From the IMG/VR virus record IMGVR_UViG_3300035698_022762, positions 1 to 64,000 of that record: a stretch of 64,000 nucleotides of DNA. The stretch is one strand, 5' to 3'. The notes beneath the pieces were generated by a model, which was given only the letters and a program-made list of their open reading frames with translations, made no database searches and had not been told where the DNA came from. Positions 1-10,441 of this stretch are shown piece by piece (position 1 is the first letter of the stretch; each line of letters opens with the position of its first letter). The DNA comes from a virus. A program made the position numbers and the translations under genes.

Positions 1-2
1 CA

Positions 3-3000
3 TCAGGCGTGATAGGATTAACTTCGAAAGTAATGTCGATGATGAATATTAATCCTGAAGCAGCGGCAGAGACAGCTAGTAAGTTTGGCAGCTTAATAAT
101 GTCAGCAGGGAAAATTGCTTTAGGTGTAGTTGCTGCAAGTGCGGCATTAGCAAGCCTTGGAGTTTTGTCACTACTAGGTCCAGTTATTGGTTTGTCAATG
201 ATGGCAGGGGCGAGCGCTTTAACTATGTTGACTCCAGCTATTATTGCCCTTTCTTCTGGATTAATTAATATTTCCGAAAAAGTTATGAAATCTTTTTCCA
301 AAGAAATAGAATATGCACCTATGGTGGCAGAAAAAATAAACAAATTAATTAGCAGTGCAGGGAGCATAGCTTGGGGTGTTCTAAAAAGTGCTGCTGGATT
401 ATCAGCTTTAGGAATTATGGCCATAGCAGCCCCTCTTATGGCTTCTTTTATGATTGCTGGTGCTGTTGGGTTGTATGTTTTAACACCAGCAATTACTAGG
501 CTTTCTGCTGCTATAGTTAATATGTCCCAAGACACCATGTCAAGTTTAAATATGGACATGGCTTCTATTGATAAAACATCAACCGGAGTAACTGGTTTAT
601 TAAAAGCTTCAAATGAAATAGCGGGTTCAATTTTGAAAGGTGCTATTTATCTTTCTAGTTTAGGAGCTTTAGCAATAGTGGCCCCACTAACGGCCAGCTT
701 GATGTCTGCTGGTGCTGTCGCTCTCTACTTGTTCACTCCTGCTATGGTTGCATTCGCATCTAGCATAATTGACATGTCTAAAGACATTATGGAATCAGTA
801 GGAATAAACAGTGAAGTAGCTAAAAAGACAACTTCAGCAGTATCAGATATTATAGGATCAGGTGTTAGCATTGCAGTGAGTGTTCTAAAATTAAGTGCAT
901 CTTTAAGCGCTTTAGGTTTGATGTCACTTGCTGCACCTGCAATGGCTGTTTTGATGACGGCTGGAGCTATAGGCATGTCTCTACTAGCTGCACCAACCAT
1001 GCTTTTCGCTAAATCCATGATGGTATTTGGTGAGAGGATTGTTTCTATAATGGACCCCGGAAAAGCAAAAGAAATAAGTAATGGACTAGATTCCATTCTA
1101 AATTCCGCATTTGACATTTCAAGAAAAATAGTTTCTATGGTCCCTAAAATGTCTTTGATAGGTGTCATGTCAAGTGCCGCATTTGTTGCATCAGGTTTAA
1201 TGATGTTAGGCGTAGTTGGTTTAAACGTACTGTCTAAGCCAATTGAATATTTAGTCAAAAGTATAATGAGATTGAATCAAGAAATTACTGCTGACAAAGG
1301 TATAAAAGAATCTCTAAATATAGTCAAAGGATTGAATACGATCCTAGAGGCTTCCAATAATATATCCAATCAAATCATATCAATGGTCCCAAAACTAACG
1401 ATTCTAGGCGGATTGTCATTGTTTTCTGGATTAGTTAGTGCGGCCATGTATGCAGGAGTTTTTGCCTTTAACATTATGTCGGCCCCTATAACAGATTTTG
1501 TCAAATCAATAACTAAAGTAGGTTCAGATATAAGCAAGAACGCTAATCCAGAAAGTACTAAAGAAATGGCTCAAGGGATGGCTAATGTGAAAACCATTCT
1601 TGATTCTATCATGGGTATGATGGATACGATCACAGGAACAGTCAATAAAATATCTGGAAAATCTTGGTTTGGCGGGGCTTCGCCACTCACTAAACTTGTT
1701 GAAAACATTCCTGCGTTTCAAACTCAATTTAAAAGTGTTGCTAGATTTATACGAGAGGGAATAATCACTCCTGTACAATACTATTTGTCTAATTTTGGTA
1801 AAGAATTTCAAAACGTAACAAGATCAATACGATCTGCTGGAATAATACTTAAAGAAGTTGGACCAATGTTAGAAATACTTTCTGATGTTGTCCAACCATA
1901 TTTTGAAAAAGGATTCTTTGGTGGCAAATCTGATTCCGTTAGGTTATTGGAAACAAAAGCAACTATAAAGACACAATTTGCATCTATAGCACAATTTATA
2001 AGAAAAGGAATAGTAGAACCAGTTCAAAACAATTTCGATTCTTCTAAAGAACTGAATAAGGTGGCATCTTCTGTTACATCTATGGGTCATGTTTTAGAGT
2101 CAACAGGTGTGGTTTTAGGGACACTATCAGAGAAAATAGAGCCTTATTTTGAAGAAAAATGGTATAGAAAATCATATTCCACCAAGCTTTTAGAACAAAA
2201 AGACAAAATGAAAGTACAGTTTACAGCCATTTCTACTTTTATAAGAGAAGGCATAATAAACCCAATAAAATCTAAGTTTGGCTATGCTAAAGATTTATCA
2301 AAAGTAGCATCATCAGCAGAAGCTATGTCAAAAGTTGTTGCATCTGCAGGTGTTTCTCTAGTTGCCATAAACCAAGAACTATTGCCGTATTTTGAAAATG
2401 GATGGTTTACAAAATCTAATGCTAAAAAAATAATTGATCATAAAGACATTATGAGAAAACAATTTTATGCCATTGCTGAATTTTTGAAATTTGGCATTGT
2501 AGAACCTATTGCTAAAAACTTTGGAGATGCAAAAAATCTTTATAAAACATCAAAATCAGTTGGAGAAATGTCTAATGTGATAACATATTCAGCAGACATG
2601 TTAAATGTATTAGGTAAAAGACTTGTCCCTGCATTAGACAACAAATTAAAAGATGTGCCTGTTGATTTGATTACCAATAGCAAAGATATATTTGCTATGA
2701 GGTTTGCAGCTATAGCTGTTTTCTTGAGACATGGGATAGTAAATCCTATTAATGCCATGTTTGGAGAATCCAATAACCTAAAAAATACAACAAAATCCGT
2801 TTCTGCTATGGCTAATTTAATATATTCTATTCCCGATGTGCTTAATGGGTTGGCAAACAATCTCATGCCTTTGGTAGTAAATAATAAAATTAACAAAATA
2901 CCTGCAAATCTCATTTTGGCAAAGAAAGACGAATTCCAAAGAAAATTCTTTGCTATATCAGATTTCTTACAGTGGGGGATTGTTCATCCAGTTGCAGAGA

Positions 3001-5573
3001 TGTTTGGTGAATCTGGCGATTTGAGAAAAACCACAGTTGCTGTTAAATCTATGTCACAATTGATTCAAAATATTCCAAGTGTAATTTTGGGACTTGTAGA
3101 TGACCTTATGCCATTAATAGTAGAAAATGGAATTTCAAAAATTCCATCAAATTTGATTTTGAGTAAAAAGGATGAATTCCAAATCAAATTCTCTGCTATA
3201 TCTAAATTCTTAAAAGTAGGAATAGTAGAACCAATTAATTCAATGTATGGCAATAGTCAAGAACTAACATCAACTGCTAGATCAATAAAAGCCATGTCGC
3301 AAATAATAAGGAACATTCCAGAAGTTCTTATTGGACTTACAGAAAATCTTATGCCTTTAGTGGTGTCTGATTCCATTTGGAGAAATGGCATACCAGCCGA
3401 AAAAATATTGAAAAGCAAAGATGAATTCAAAAGGAATTTCAATGCTATATCTAAATTTTTAAAGGTAGGAATAGTAGAACCAATTAACTCAATGTTCGGC
3501 AACAGTCAAGAGCTAACCAGCACAGCCAGATCGGTTCGTGCAATGTCGCAAATAATTAAAGCCATTCCATCTGTTCTACAAGGACTAGTTGTTGACTTGG
3601 CTCCGTTGCTAGTTAGTGAATACGGAAAAGCCCCTGTAGATTTGTTGGTTAGAAAAAGAGATGAATTCCAAGCTAAATTTTTTGCTATATCCGATCTTAT
3701 TCAATGGGGAATAGTGTATCCTATAAACAATAGCTTCACTTCTGTAAAAGATGCAGAAAGTGCAGTTTTAAAGCTTAATTCTATGACTTTAGTAGTGGAT
3801 AGTCTTTACAAATTTTTAGGATTGTTTAATTTATCATTATCTTCTATTTTAGATAGTAAAGTTGGAACATCACCAGCAACTATAGCAAAAAACACTTTTA
3901 TGTATGCTGCTTACTTTACAGGCATCTCTCAATTGTTAAATAAAGGGATTATAAAACCTATCAAACTATACTTCCCAACAATAGGAGATTTAATCAACAG
4001 CAGACAGAGAATATCAGGTATGTCTGTTGTCATATCGTCTGTTTCTAGCTTAATAAAAACTTTAAAAGACAAAATTTCGCCATTGGTTGACATAGGTTTT
4101 TGGGGTGGGTTTGAAATTAAAGACGTATACAATAGTGCTAAAATATTCACAAGATATTTTGTAAGCATTTCAGAATTGATCAAAAAAGGCATAATCAATC
4201 CAATAAACAACCATTTGCCAAACTCTAGTGTTTTATCTGAAATGAACGAAAAAATAAATCAAATGGGGAGCATGATAGGTAAAGTTGCTCCATTTATCAA
4301 ATTGCTTAATTTGAAGTTAACTCCTTTAGTGAACGGCGGAATGTTCAAAGACTCTCCTATAGAAAAATCTTTAGAATCCACTAAAACTTTCGGCAAATAC
4401 TTCGATAATGTTTCTTTATTCATAAGAGAAGGAATAATTAAGCCAATTGGAAATATTGCTAAAATAAATGAATTGACTTCCGCTGTTAAAAGTTTGGATT
4501 TGTTAATTGGGATAATGGATAACTTGACAAAAGTATTCATTAGAATGGATAGCGTTTTTGCACAAGTTAAAGCATCGACTCCCGAAAACATAGAGGGTGT
4601 TGTAAAAGGGATGAATTCCTTTTTCGAAAAAATATCTAAACTAGAAGTCAAAAAAGTTTCTAACATGGGAGTAGATGTTAAAAACACCACTCAAGTTATA
4701 GAAATGATTGATATCCTCGGCAAACAGATTAATGACATCTCTATAGGAAATGCGAATAATGGTGTTTCCAAATACGGCACTGACAAAACAACCTCTATTG
4801 GAAATATTTCTAATAAAGACCAGATAATGATGGCTGCTATGGGGGCCAAACCAGACATACAGTCGGAAATCAAAAAAATACAATCAACGCCAGAGTATCA
4901 AGCGTATTTGGCAGCAAGTAATGTAAGTATGGCTAGTCCGCAAAAAACACAGGATTTCACAGATGGTCCTATGACACATCATAAAAAACTAGCGATGCAA
5001 TTAAAAGAAACAAGTTTAAACGAAAAAATAATAAATAAAGCTAGCAACCTCACTTTTGGGAACAAATCAGACAAAAGAAAAATAAATGTTGAAAATATAG
5101 AAGTTTCTTCTGCGAATGGATTATCTTCCATGAGTAAAATAAATGAACCTATGGCTTATCATAACGACGAACACGTTAGAATAATTCCAAAAGAAAGCAT
5201 GTATGATGATAAACCTAAAGCAACTGCTGTTAAACATCCTTCTAAGGTTCAAGCAGCCCCATTAACAGATGCTTACGAAAGAATGCATACCAAACATGCT
5301 AGCACTAAAGCTGGAGTGGGGAATTCAAGTAAAGATATGATGGCTATTGCAAAAGCAACAAATGAACAGACCAGATTGCTGTCCCAATTACATGAAGACA
5401 ATGTGGAAATTATCAATTTGCTCAGACCTTCTGGTTCTATTACTAGCGAAAGTAAAGGGGCACCATCTACTAGAAGCAAAAGTAATGCCCCAAGTTCAAA
5501 AAGTTATGGAGCATGGCAATTTGGAGGAAATGCAAACAGTAGCAACCGTGGCGTAATCAATGTTGGCATTTAA
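3..5573 (+). CDS. Tail tape measure protein (3' part; reading frame open from window start)
   Basis: >1850 aa. Ala/Gly/Leu/Met-rich helical repeats, then ~80-86 aa repeats (F..I..FIR.GIV.PI). Lies directly upstream of baseplate genes. No stop before the GTG at 9, so the true start is probably upstream of the window. Confidence 0.8.
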   Translation, partial: SGVIGLTSKVMSMMNINPEAAAETASKFGSLIMSAGKIALGVVAASAALASLGVLSLLGPVIGLSMMAGASALTMLTPAIIALSSGLINISEKVMKSFSKEIEYAPMVAEKINKLISSAGSIAWGVLKSAAGLSALGIMAIAAPLMASFMIAGAVGLYVLTPAITRLSAAIVNMSQDTMSSLNMDMASIDKTSTGVTGLLKASNEIAGSILKGAIYLSSLGALAIVAPLTASLMSAGAVALYLFTPAMVAFASSIIDMSKDIMESVGINSEVAKKTTSAVSDIIGSGVSIAVSVLKLSASLSALGLMSLAAPAMAVLMTAGAIGMSLLAAPTMLFAKSMMVFGERIVSIMDPGKAKEISNGLDSILNSAFDISRKIVSMVPKMSLIGVMSSAAFVASGLMMLGVVGLNVLSKPIEYLVKSIMRLNQEITADKGIKESLNIVKGLNTILEASNNISNQIISMVPKLTILGGLSLFSGLVSAAMYAGVFAFNIMSAPITDFVKSITKVGSDISKNANPESTKEMAQGMANVKTILDSIMGMMDTITGTVNKISGKSWFGGASPLTKLVENIPAFQTQFKSVARFIREGIITPVQYYLSNFGKEFQNVTRSIRSAGIILKEVGPMLEILSDVVQPYFEKGFFGGKSDSVRLLETKATIKTQFASIAQFIRKGIVEPVQNNFDSSKELNKVASSVTSMGHVLESTGVVLGTLSEKIEPYFEEKWYRKSYSTKLLEQKDKMKVQFTAISTFIREGIINPIKSKFGYAKDLSKVASSAEAMSKVVASAGVSLVAINQELLPYFENGWFTKSNAKKIIDHKDIMRKQFYAIAEFLKFGIVEPIAKNFGDAKNLYKTSKSVGEMSNVITYSADMLNVLGKRLVPALDNKLKDVPVDLITNSKDIFAMRFAAIAVFLRHGIVNPINAMFGESNNLKNTTKSVSAMANLIYSIPDVLNGLANNLMPLVVNNKINKIPANLILAKKDEFQRKFFAISDFLQWGIVHPVAEMFGESGDLRKTTVAVKSMSQLIQNIPSVILGLVDDLMPLIVENGISKIPSNLILSKKDEFQIKFSAISKFLKVGIVEPINSMYGNSQELTSTARSIKAMSQIIRNIPEVLIGLTENLMPLVVSDSIWRNGIPAEKILKSKDEFKRNFNAISKFLKVGIVEPINSMFGNSQELTSTARSVRAMSQIIKAIPSVLQGLVVDLAPLLVSEYGKAPVDLLVRKRDEFQAKFFAISDLIQWGIVYPINNSFTSVKDAESAVLKLNSMTLVVDSLYKFLGLFNLSLSSILDSKVGTSPATIAKNTFMYAAYFTGISQLLNKGIIKPIKLYFPTIGDLINSRQRISGMSVVISSVSSLIKTLKDKISPLVDIGFWGGFEIKDVYNSAKIFTRYFVSISELIKKGIINPINNHLPNSSVLSEMNEKINQMGSMIGKVAPFIKLLNLKLTPLVNGGMFKDSPIEKSLESTKTFGKYFDNVSLFIREGIIKPIGNIAKINELTSAVKSLDLLIGIMDNLTKVFIRMDSVFAQVKASTPENIEGVVKGMNSFFEKISKLEVKKVSNMGVDVKNTTQVIEMIDILGKQINDISIGNANNGVSKYGTDKTTSIGNISNKDQIMMAAMGAKPDIQSEIKKIQSTPEYQAYLAASNVSMASPQKTQDFTDGPMTHHKKLAMQLKETSLNEKIINKASNLTFGNKSDKRKINVENIEVSSANGLSSMSKINEPMAYHNDEHVRIIPKESMYDDKPKATAVKHPSKVQAAPLTDAYERMHTKHASTKAGVGNSSKDMMAIAKATNEQTRLLSQLHEDNVEIINLLRPSGSITSESKGAPSTRSKSNAPSSKSYGAWQFGGNANSSNRGVINVGI
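3194..3560 (+). repeat. Near-identical repeat units inside tape measure gene (249-bp offset)
   Basis: tgctatatctaaatt..aggtaggaatagtagaaccaattaa..caatg..ggcaa..agtcaaga occurs at 3194 and 3443, encoding AISKFLKVGIVEPINSM(Y/F)GNSQELTSTARS twice. Confidence 0.9.
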
Positions 5574-5640
5574 ATAATAATCACCACCATATATAAAAGT
5601 ATCAGCGTTTTTCTATTTTACATAAAAGGGAGTAAGGTTT

Positions 5641-6267
5641 ATGCCTCAGTCGGTGCCTAATTTAGCTACAATAAACGGCGGTCAAGTTATAACAATAGCT
5701 AACTGTTACATAATTGTCCCAACGCCAAATCAAGGACAACACAAAATATTAATAAAAGCACTTCCAGATATATCTGATAGTAAAAGCGCAAAATATAATG
5801 ATGAAGGAATCATAGGTCGTGGCAGTCCTTTAAAAACTTATGCTTATTCTGAAAATAGAACCATATCAATGGGCATACATTTTTATGTTTTAAATGAAGC
5901 GGACAGAATAACTAATATTAGGGATTTGAGAATAATACAAAGTGCTTTGTATCCAAGACAAAATTCAGGAAATGAGCCTTATAGACCGCCTGTTATTTGT
6001 AGATTAAAATGCGGAATTTTATTATCTGGAGATACTACTAATTTAAGTAGTACAAACGCATCTAGCTCTGTAGAACAATCACCTGATTTGTGTTGTGTTC
6101 TTAAAAGCTACAGCGTAAAGTTTCCCACAGACGTAGCTTGGGATACGAGTTTTTACACCCCTTACAAATTCGATGTAGAAACTTCTTGGGATGTGGTGTA
6201 TAAATCAGACAACAGCGATGGGAACGGATTGCCCGGACAAGAAAGAATAATAAAATTTGGGGTTTAA
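5641..6267 (+). CDS. Baseplate tail-tube initiator-like protein (CIS-tube/gp48-gp54/P2 gpU-like)
   Basis: Follows the tape measure gene; motif ISDSKSAKYNDEGIIGRGSPLKTYAYSENRTIS and C-terminal LKSYSVKF..W..PYKFDV are typical of tube-fold baseplate proteins. Confidence 0.6.
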   Translation: MPQSVPNLATINGGQVITIANCYIIVPTPNQGQHKILIKALPDISDSKSAKYNDEGIIGRGSPLKTYAYSENRTISMGIHFYVLNEADRITNIRDLRIIQSALYPRQNSGNEPYRPPVICRLKCGILLSGDTTNLSSTNASSSVEQSPDLCCVLKSYSVKFPTDVAWDTSFYTPYKFDVETSWDVVYKSDNSDGNGLPGQERIIKFGV

Positions 6268-6270
6268 ATT

Positions 6271-6591
6271 ATGGCTAATAAAATAGTCGAAACAAATATA
6301 AGAGCAACGAGATTTGTAGAAAGCACCAGTAGATACGCCAATTCAGATGTTATTTACTATGGCTCTCAAAACAAACTTACTTTTAAAACATATAAAAGGC
6401 AAACACTCCCTTCATCATCAGATAGATTTACAGTGATCCCTAATAATATGGAATATAGACCAGATTTACTTTCAAGCAAAATATATGGCGTTCCTGATTT
6501 TTGGTGGAAAATAATGGAGGTCAATAAAATATTTGATATTTTTGATTTCAAAGCAGGAATAAATATTAGAATTCCTGCAAATATATTTTAA
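6271..6591 (+). CDS. Baseplate wedge protein, T4 gp53/LysM-like
   Basis: EYRPDLLSSKIYGVPDFWWKIMEVN...G..IRIP is the gp53/tail-X LysM-type signature; synteny. Confidence 0.8.
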   Translation: MANKIVETNIRATRFVESTSRYANSDVIYYGSQNKLTFKTYKRQTLPSSSDRFTVIPNNMEYRPDLLSSKIYGVPDFWWKIMEVNKIFDIFDFKAGINIRIPANIF

Positions 6592-6600
6592 TGGTGTTTT

Positions 6601-8079
6601 ATGGCAATTAATTGTTTAGTATGCAACGAAATAGATTGTGGCAGCAACAATAGCGACGTTAACAGAGTCAAGTTCGAATCAAGAAGATATGAAAGTATTG
6701 CTCCTTGGGTTGCAGTAGACTTTCTTGATTCAAATGATTTCAACAATGTGACAATAAGCGTGGGAAATGAGTCTGCGCCCTCTTTTGGTCACAGTGCAGG
6801 AATAATAAATTTCGAATATGGCATGTCTAATGGACAAATCATAAAACTTGAAATAGTTGATGAACAAGGTGGTGCATTTGAGTTGTTTGTAGACAAATTG
6901 GCAAAATGTGTAGAAAATGCAAGAACAGATTATAGCATGAGAATACGTTTCGGATGGACTACATCAGATTGTTTTGGAAATCAAGGACCGCCTGAAATCT
7001 CTGCTGCAATTTATGCTATACCCTTAGACCTTCAAGTTAATTTTGAAGGTGGATTAGTGAAATATATACTAACTGCACCTGATCCAATGCAAATGGTTTT
7101 TAATACAAGAGAGTTAGAACCTATAGCCAGCATGGAACTTAAAGAAGCCATAAGACATTTAGGATTAAGAAGTGAACCTAGTTTTAATGTTGAATTTAGA
7201 AAATTTAATGACAATGGAATTAGTGTTAATTCTGCTGATGAATGGGACTTCGATAACGGTGGCGTAGTGTCTTCTTGGCCATCCGATGGGCAAAACAAAT
7301 TATCTACAATAACTGAATGGGTGACTAGCTTTACTGTAAATGGCGGCAAAGGAATAGTAGCAACATGGTCGGGGACAGAATCTGTACCTACATTAATTTT
7401 ATGGGAAGATTTCATGCCAAAATGCAACGAAACTCCTTCTCCTAGTAGAAGCATTGGTACGTTTATTGTAAATGGCGGACAATGTAGCAATGTATTGAAG
7501 TTTACAACAACTATAAATTGGGCTGCTGCATTTGGAAAGCTTTCGGCAGGTGGTGGTACGTCTGGAACTTATTCGGGAGAAACTTTAACATCGCCAGAAA
7601 ATTGTAATGTGCAAAACAATAGTGTAGGTGTTTTGACAAGCACAGCGGTAAACGAAATGGCCGTGAATAAATATGGAACTGATAAAGCCGCTGCTGAATC
7701 TGCAATAGCTTCTGAGGCTCATTCAAAAGCGGGTTCTGTATACGCCGAAGGATTACAGGCAATAGAAGCAGAATTGACAATAATGGGGAACCCACAACCA
7801 TTATTGACAGATGTTAGATTATTAGTAGGACGCACAGCATCTATCATAGTTATAAATCCTTTCCATATTAGAAAAGGAGATGGAGATACTAAAGAGTGGT
7901 TAGCAGTCCCATTATGCCAAAAAGTTTTAACTAATTGTACTTGGATGATAACTGGTGTCAATCACCAAATCAAAGAAGGTTCTTACACTACTACTTTAAA
8001 GGTGTTCCTTCCAGTTCCCGGTATAGATTTGTCATCTGATCAAGGGATGGGAAACTACTTCCCCGAAAATGTTTGCTAA
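6601..8079 (+). CDS. Baseplate hub protein (gp27/P2 gpD-like)
   Basis: Position between gp53-like and gp5-like genes; C-terminal AELTIMGNP...WMITGVNHQIKEGSYTTTL is typical of hub proteins. Confidence 0.65.
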   Translation: MAINCLVCNEIDCGSNNSDVNRVKFESRRYESIAPWVAVDFLDSNDFNNVTISVGNESAPSFGHSAGIINFEYGMSNGQIIKLEIVDEQGGAFELFVDKLAKCVENARTDYSMRIRFGWTTSDCFGNQGPPEISAAIYAIPLDLQVNFEGGLVKYILTAPDPMQMVFNTRELEPIASMELKEAIRHLGLRSEPSFNVEFRKFNDNGISVNSADEWDFDNGGVVSSWPSDGQNKLSTITEWVTSFTVNGGKGIVATWSGTESVPTLILWEDFMPKCNETPSPSRSIGTFIVNGGQCSNVLKFTTTINWAAAFGKLSAGGGTSGTYSGETLTSPENCNVQNNSVGVLTSTAVNEMAVNKYGTDKAAAESAIASEAHSKAGSVYAEGLQAIEAELTIMGNPQPLLTDVRLLVGRTASIIVINPFHIRKGDGDTKEWLAVPLCQKVLTNCTWMITGVNHQIKEGSYTTTLKVFLPVPGIDLSSDQGMGNYFPENVC

Positions 8080-8087
8080 AGGATAAA

Positions 8088-10013
8088 ATGGCTCTTTCTG
8101 ACGAAATACAACAATTAAAAGAAAAATTGTCTGCACTTGAGAATACGATTACTCAAGGGGACTACAATATACCCAATTATGTTAAAAGTGAAATAAACAA
8201 ACGATGGAAAATACAGCCACAATCCGAGCAGTTTTTCGGTTTGTTTACTGCATTGTGTGTTGAAACAGTCGATCCTTTAATACAAGGTAGAGTCAGGTTT
8301 TTCAGTCCTATGTTTCATAAGCCTAACACGCCCATTGATCGTTTGCCATTCGCCAATCCAGTTTCTTTCTTTGGTGGATTTGATGATTCTGGTGGTGTTA
8401 GCGTACCACCAGCAGGTTCTACTATTGCTATACTTTTTGAAAACGGCAATAGACAAGCTCCTTATTATCTTGGAACCATATGGCATAGAAACAGAGGAAG
8501 TACTGAAAATGGGCAAGGCCACAATTGGAATTTTAACATAGAAGAATATTACAAATTGCATCAAGGGCATAGAAAAGGGTATTTGGTCGGACCTAATAAC
8601 GAATCCCAAGTACTTCCGCCTTGGAACACCGAAAGTTATAATAGTATAGATGCAAATTCCACATCAGACTTTGAAGAAAGACCCAATGCACAAGAAAGGA
8701 TATCTATCCCCAACATTAGTGGGTTGAAAACCGTTCAAAAGCATACGGTTAAACTTGTAGATGGCGAGTATCATTGCAACTTTAAAAATAAAAGATTAGA
8801 AATTATTTCTGGTTGTGGGAACCATATGATTTTTAAAGACGACCATTTGCACAAAAATGCATCTTGGGGACATCCAACTTTAACAGATGGTACACCTACT
8901 GATGAATGTGAAGAAAATACAAATTGCGAAGGTGAAACTAGCAACTCTAGCATAACAAAAAATGCTTCTAACAAATATTTCAAGCATGCTAATGAAGGAA
9001 GAATAATAACTGGCCCTCGCACGCCTCAAAATAACAAAATAGATTTGCCGCAATCTGGCATTCAATTTTTATCAATATCTGGTCATAGTTTTGTGATGGA
9101 CGATTCTGTGGAAGAACCCAAAGGGGCACCGCAATGGGAACGCAGCACTAAACCATTTGATTTTGGATGCAACAATAAATTTGTAGGGAAAAGCTCTTGG
9201 ACTTCTGCTACAGGTCATAAAATAGAATTAAATGACAAAGAAGAACCGGCAGAAGTAAGAAGTGATGAAAACTATATCAAATTACTTACTCCTACTGGAA
9301 ATAGAATAGAGTTGAACGACCACACTGTGGCGGGTGACATAGCTGGTGAAAAACGTGGAATAACTATGGAAACATCCAGCACTCATTCTTTTGAAATGAT
9401 AGATGCGGAAAATGAGCAAACCAGTGTTAGAAGGGAAGGTGGCATACCTGTTCCTAAAGCTAAAAAAGGATTCATAAAAATGAGAACGGGATATGGTTTA
9501 GAATTTTTAATGAAAGATTCTGAAAGCCAAGAGGAAACACAAAATCAATTCATACAACTTTTTTCACCACAAAAAGACAATAAAGAACGTGGTCCTCACA
9601 TGTTAAGAATGCAAGAAAAAGCAGAAGGACCGGGGCAATTTTTTGTAAAAGCAGGTGGAGATTACATAGTGTCAACCTATGACACACACATAACAATAGT
9701 TGGGGATGAAGAAAAAAATCCGGGTAACAAAATAGAAGTTGTTAGTGACAACAATATTGTGTCCACAAAAGAATTTTATTTTAACAAAGCAGATGTACAT
9801 GCGTTTTTGGCAGACTCCCTAATTCTTTTAATGGCTGGCAAAGATGTGCGGCAGCATGGGTCAGACGAAATGGGTCCAGGCATAGGTCCAGTTTTAATTT
9901 TGGGGCCAAAGGGAGTAACTATAAGTGATAGGGTTTTTGCATCCGCATCACCTGACGCACAATGTGTTTCTATTTTCATGCTTACACCTTTTCACACTAA
10001 TGGAGATCAATGA
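8088..10013 (+). CDS. Baseplate central spike, gp5/VgrG-like (OB fold plus beta-helix repeats)
   Basis: DPLIQGRVRF...PPAGSTIAILFENGNRQAPYYLG OB-fold motif; repeated (S/T)GH.(I/F).(L/M).D strands. ATG 8088 has AAAGGA upstream (ORF track starts at TTG 8073). Confidence 0.8.
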   Translation: MALSDEIQQLKEKLSALENTITQGDYNIPNYVKSEINKRWKIQPQSEQFFGLFTALCVETVDPLIQGRVRFFSPMFHKPNTPIDRLPFANPVSFFGGFDDSGGVSVPPAGSTIAILFENGNRQAPYYLGTIWHRNRGSTENGQGHNWNFNIEEYYKLHQGHRKGYLVGPNNESQVLPPWNTESYNSIDANSTSDFEERPNAQERISIPNISGLKTVQKHTVKLVDGEYHCNFKNKRLEIISGCGNHMIFKDDHLHKNASWGHPTLTDGTPTDECEENTNCEGETSNSSITKNASNKYFKHANEGRIITGPRTPQNNKIDLPQSGIQFLSISGHSFVMDDSVEEPKGAPQWERSTKPFDFGCNNKFVGKSSWTSATGHKIELNDKEEPAEVRSDENYIKLLTPTGNRIELNDHTVAGDIAGEKRGITMETSSTHSFEMIDAENEQTSVRREGGIPVPKAKKGFIKMRTGYGLEFLMKDSESQEETQNQFIQLFSPQKDNKERGPHMLRMQEKAEGPGQFFVKAGGDYIVSTYDTHITIVGDEEKNPGNKIEVVSDNNIVSTKEFYFNKADVHAFLADSLILLMAGKDVRQHGSDEMGPGIGPVLILGPKGVTISDRVFASASPDAQCVSIFMLTPFHTNGDQ

Positions 10014-10438
10014 AATTTTTAGGCGTTCCATATCCAATAACATATAACCCTAGAGGTCTTTTAAGAACACAAAAAGGAGCAGATCAAGTAAAGTCAGATT
10101 TGTTGATTTTGTTATTGACCAATCCGGGGGAAAGGGTAATGATGCCCGATTTTGGTACTCCATTAAACAGTTTGATTTTTAATCCAAACGACACCACTTT
10201 AGCGGGACAAGCTAGAGAAATGATAATTAATTCTATATCTATATGGGAGCCTAGAATAACAGTAGAAAATATAGAAGTAGTTACTCAATTAGATAATATG
10301 GACAGAAACGATTTGAATGCAAATGACGATTTGTCTGAAAGAGATGGGACGTTAATTATAAAAATAAATTTTTTCGATAGAGAAAACATACAAGACATTC
10401 AAGAACTTAGATTACAATTACCATTATCTGGAGGATAA
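10010..10438 (+). CDS. Baseplate wedge protein gp25-like
   Basis: LLLTNPGERVMMPDFGT and WEPRI motifs of the gp25/GPW family. Confidence 0.92.
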   Translation: MKFLGVPYPITYNPRGLLRTQKGADQVKSDLLILLLTNPGERVMMPDFGTPLNSLIFNPNDTTLAGQAREMIINSISIWEPRITVENIEVVTQLDNMDRNDLNANDDLSERDGTLIIKINFFDRENIQDIQELRLQLPLSGG

Positions 10439-10441
10439 ACG

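Noticed and set aside
725-5556. Many short antisense or alternate-frame ORFs in the tape measure gene
   Set aside because: Shadow ORFs with no independent RBS or motifs
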